Assembly (NCBI GenBank): GCA_046534355.1
Contig: JAWDNK010000001.1
Span: 1 to 41,332 of the forward strand
DNA length: 41,332 nt
Direction of reading: 5' to 3'
DNA from: Candidatus Marsarchaeota archaeon
Lineage (GTDB): Archaea > Thermoproteota > Thermoprotei_A > Marsarchaeales > UBA168
The notes below the pieces were generated by a model. The model did not search any database, had not been told where the DNA came from, and saw nothing but the letters and a program-made list of their open reading frames with translations. Both the position numbers and the translations under genes were made by a program. Below are positions 40,648 through 41,332 of the stretch, one piece after another. Each line of letters begins with the position of its first letter. The first letter of the stretch is position 1.

Positions 40648-41332
40648 GCCTCTTTACCGAATCCATTAACACCGGGTCACCCGGATACTTTTGAGCCGCT
40701 TCCGCGTAGGAGGCGGCGGCCCTGTAAAGCCCATCGTTTGCCAACGCGCTTTTAACCGCGTCGGCCAGTTCCCCCCCGGTAAGAGAACCCAACGGTAACA
40801 CCACCGCGATCCCCTTTCTAGCTAAAGACTGGGCTATGCCCCAGTGCTCGGTGTGAGACCTTGGCGGGGTCAAGATGAACGGTATGCCCGCGTCAACGAA
40901 CTCGGACACGCTCGTCTGCCCGGCGACGGAGACCAAAAGCGCCACGCGCAAAGCCGCTACGTCGTCTATCCACCCGTAGACCTTGAGGTTCCCCCCTTCG
41001 TAGCTGCGCACCGTCTTGTCCAAAACGTCCCCGTTGCTCACCACTACTTTTATTCCCTGCTTCGCGAGCAAAAGACCAGCCTCGAGATAAACCCTCTTCA
41101 ACACGTCTCTCTCCGATTGGAGGCCGCTGACCCTCATGTAAACCACCCCTCCGCGATCCCCTTTGAAGCCCTTCACCCGGCCGCAGGGGCCCGAGTAGAC
41201 GGTCTTGCCGCGACGCCTGAGCGGCCACCACAGCCTGACGTTATCCTCAGCTATGGTGAGCTTCGGGGGGAAGTCCGAAACCACCACCCTATCCGCCAAA
41301 GACCAAAAAGAGCTCAAAAAGCGATAGGCCAA
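40625..41332 (-). CDS. Glycosyltransferase, GT-B/GT28 C-terminal-like (5' truncated by window)
   Basis: VYGWIDD; VSVAGQTSVSE; GIPFILTPPRSHTEH. Confidence 0.7.
   Translation of the reverse strand: MAYRFLSSFWSLADRVVVSDFPPKLTIAEDNVRLWWPLRRRGKTVYSGPCGRVKGFKGDRGGVVYMRVSGLQSERDVLKRVYLEAGLLLAKQGIKVVVSNGDVLDKTVRSYEGGNLKVYGWIDDVAALRVALLVSVAGQTSVSEFVDAGIPFILTPPRSHTEHWGIAQSLARKGIAVVLPLGSLTGGELADAVKSALANDGLYRAAASYAEAAQKYPGDPVLMDSVKRLTPGPSR

Overview
Core-genome window of a fairly GC-rich archaeon, most likely TACK/Thermoproteota (split alpha/beta tRNA splicing endonuclease with crenarchaeal-type loop, S4e/L19e/L32e, TackOD1-like protein, Agl3). It holds the S10/spc ribosomal cluster broken into two oppositely oriented blocks (L22 to secY on -, L3 to S19 on +), plus mvk, fen1, cdc48, agl3, nucS, rtcB/archease, mtnA, translin, proteasome beta, hisS, DGGGP synthase, deoC and three tRNAs (Arg-CCG, Phe-GAA with a 30/31 intron, Leu-CAG with a 37/38 intron). 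Main discovery: CGA appears to act as a STOP codon. Thirteen genes have an in-frame CGA at or near their expected C-terminus. Reading through it gives implausible tails, antisense overlaps or a false translin-MtnA fusion. I found no CGA inside the conserved body of any gene whose Arg codons I read by hand, although CGC, CGG and CGT occur. This points to a non-standard archaeal genetic code (CGA = stop or unassigned) or to C-to-U editing that creates UGA. Second theme: a dispersed family of structured non-coding repeats resembling IS200/IS605 right ends / TnpB omega-RNA scaffolds, with no transposase or tnpB in the window. CDS ends below use CGA as stop where stated.
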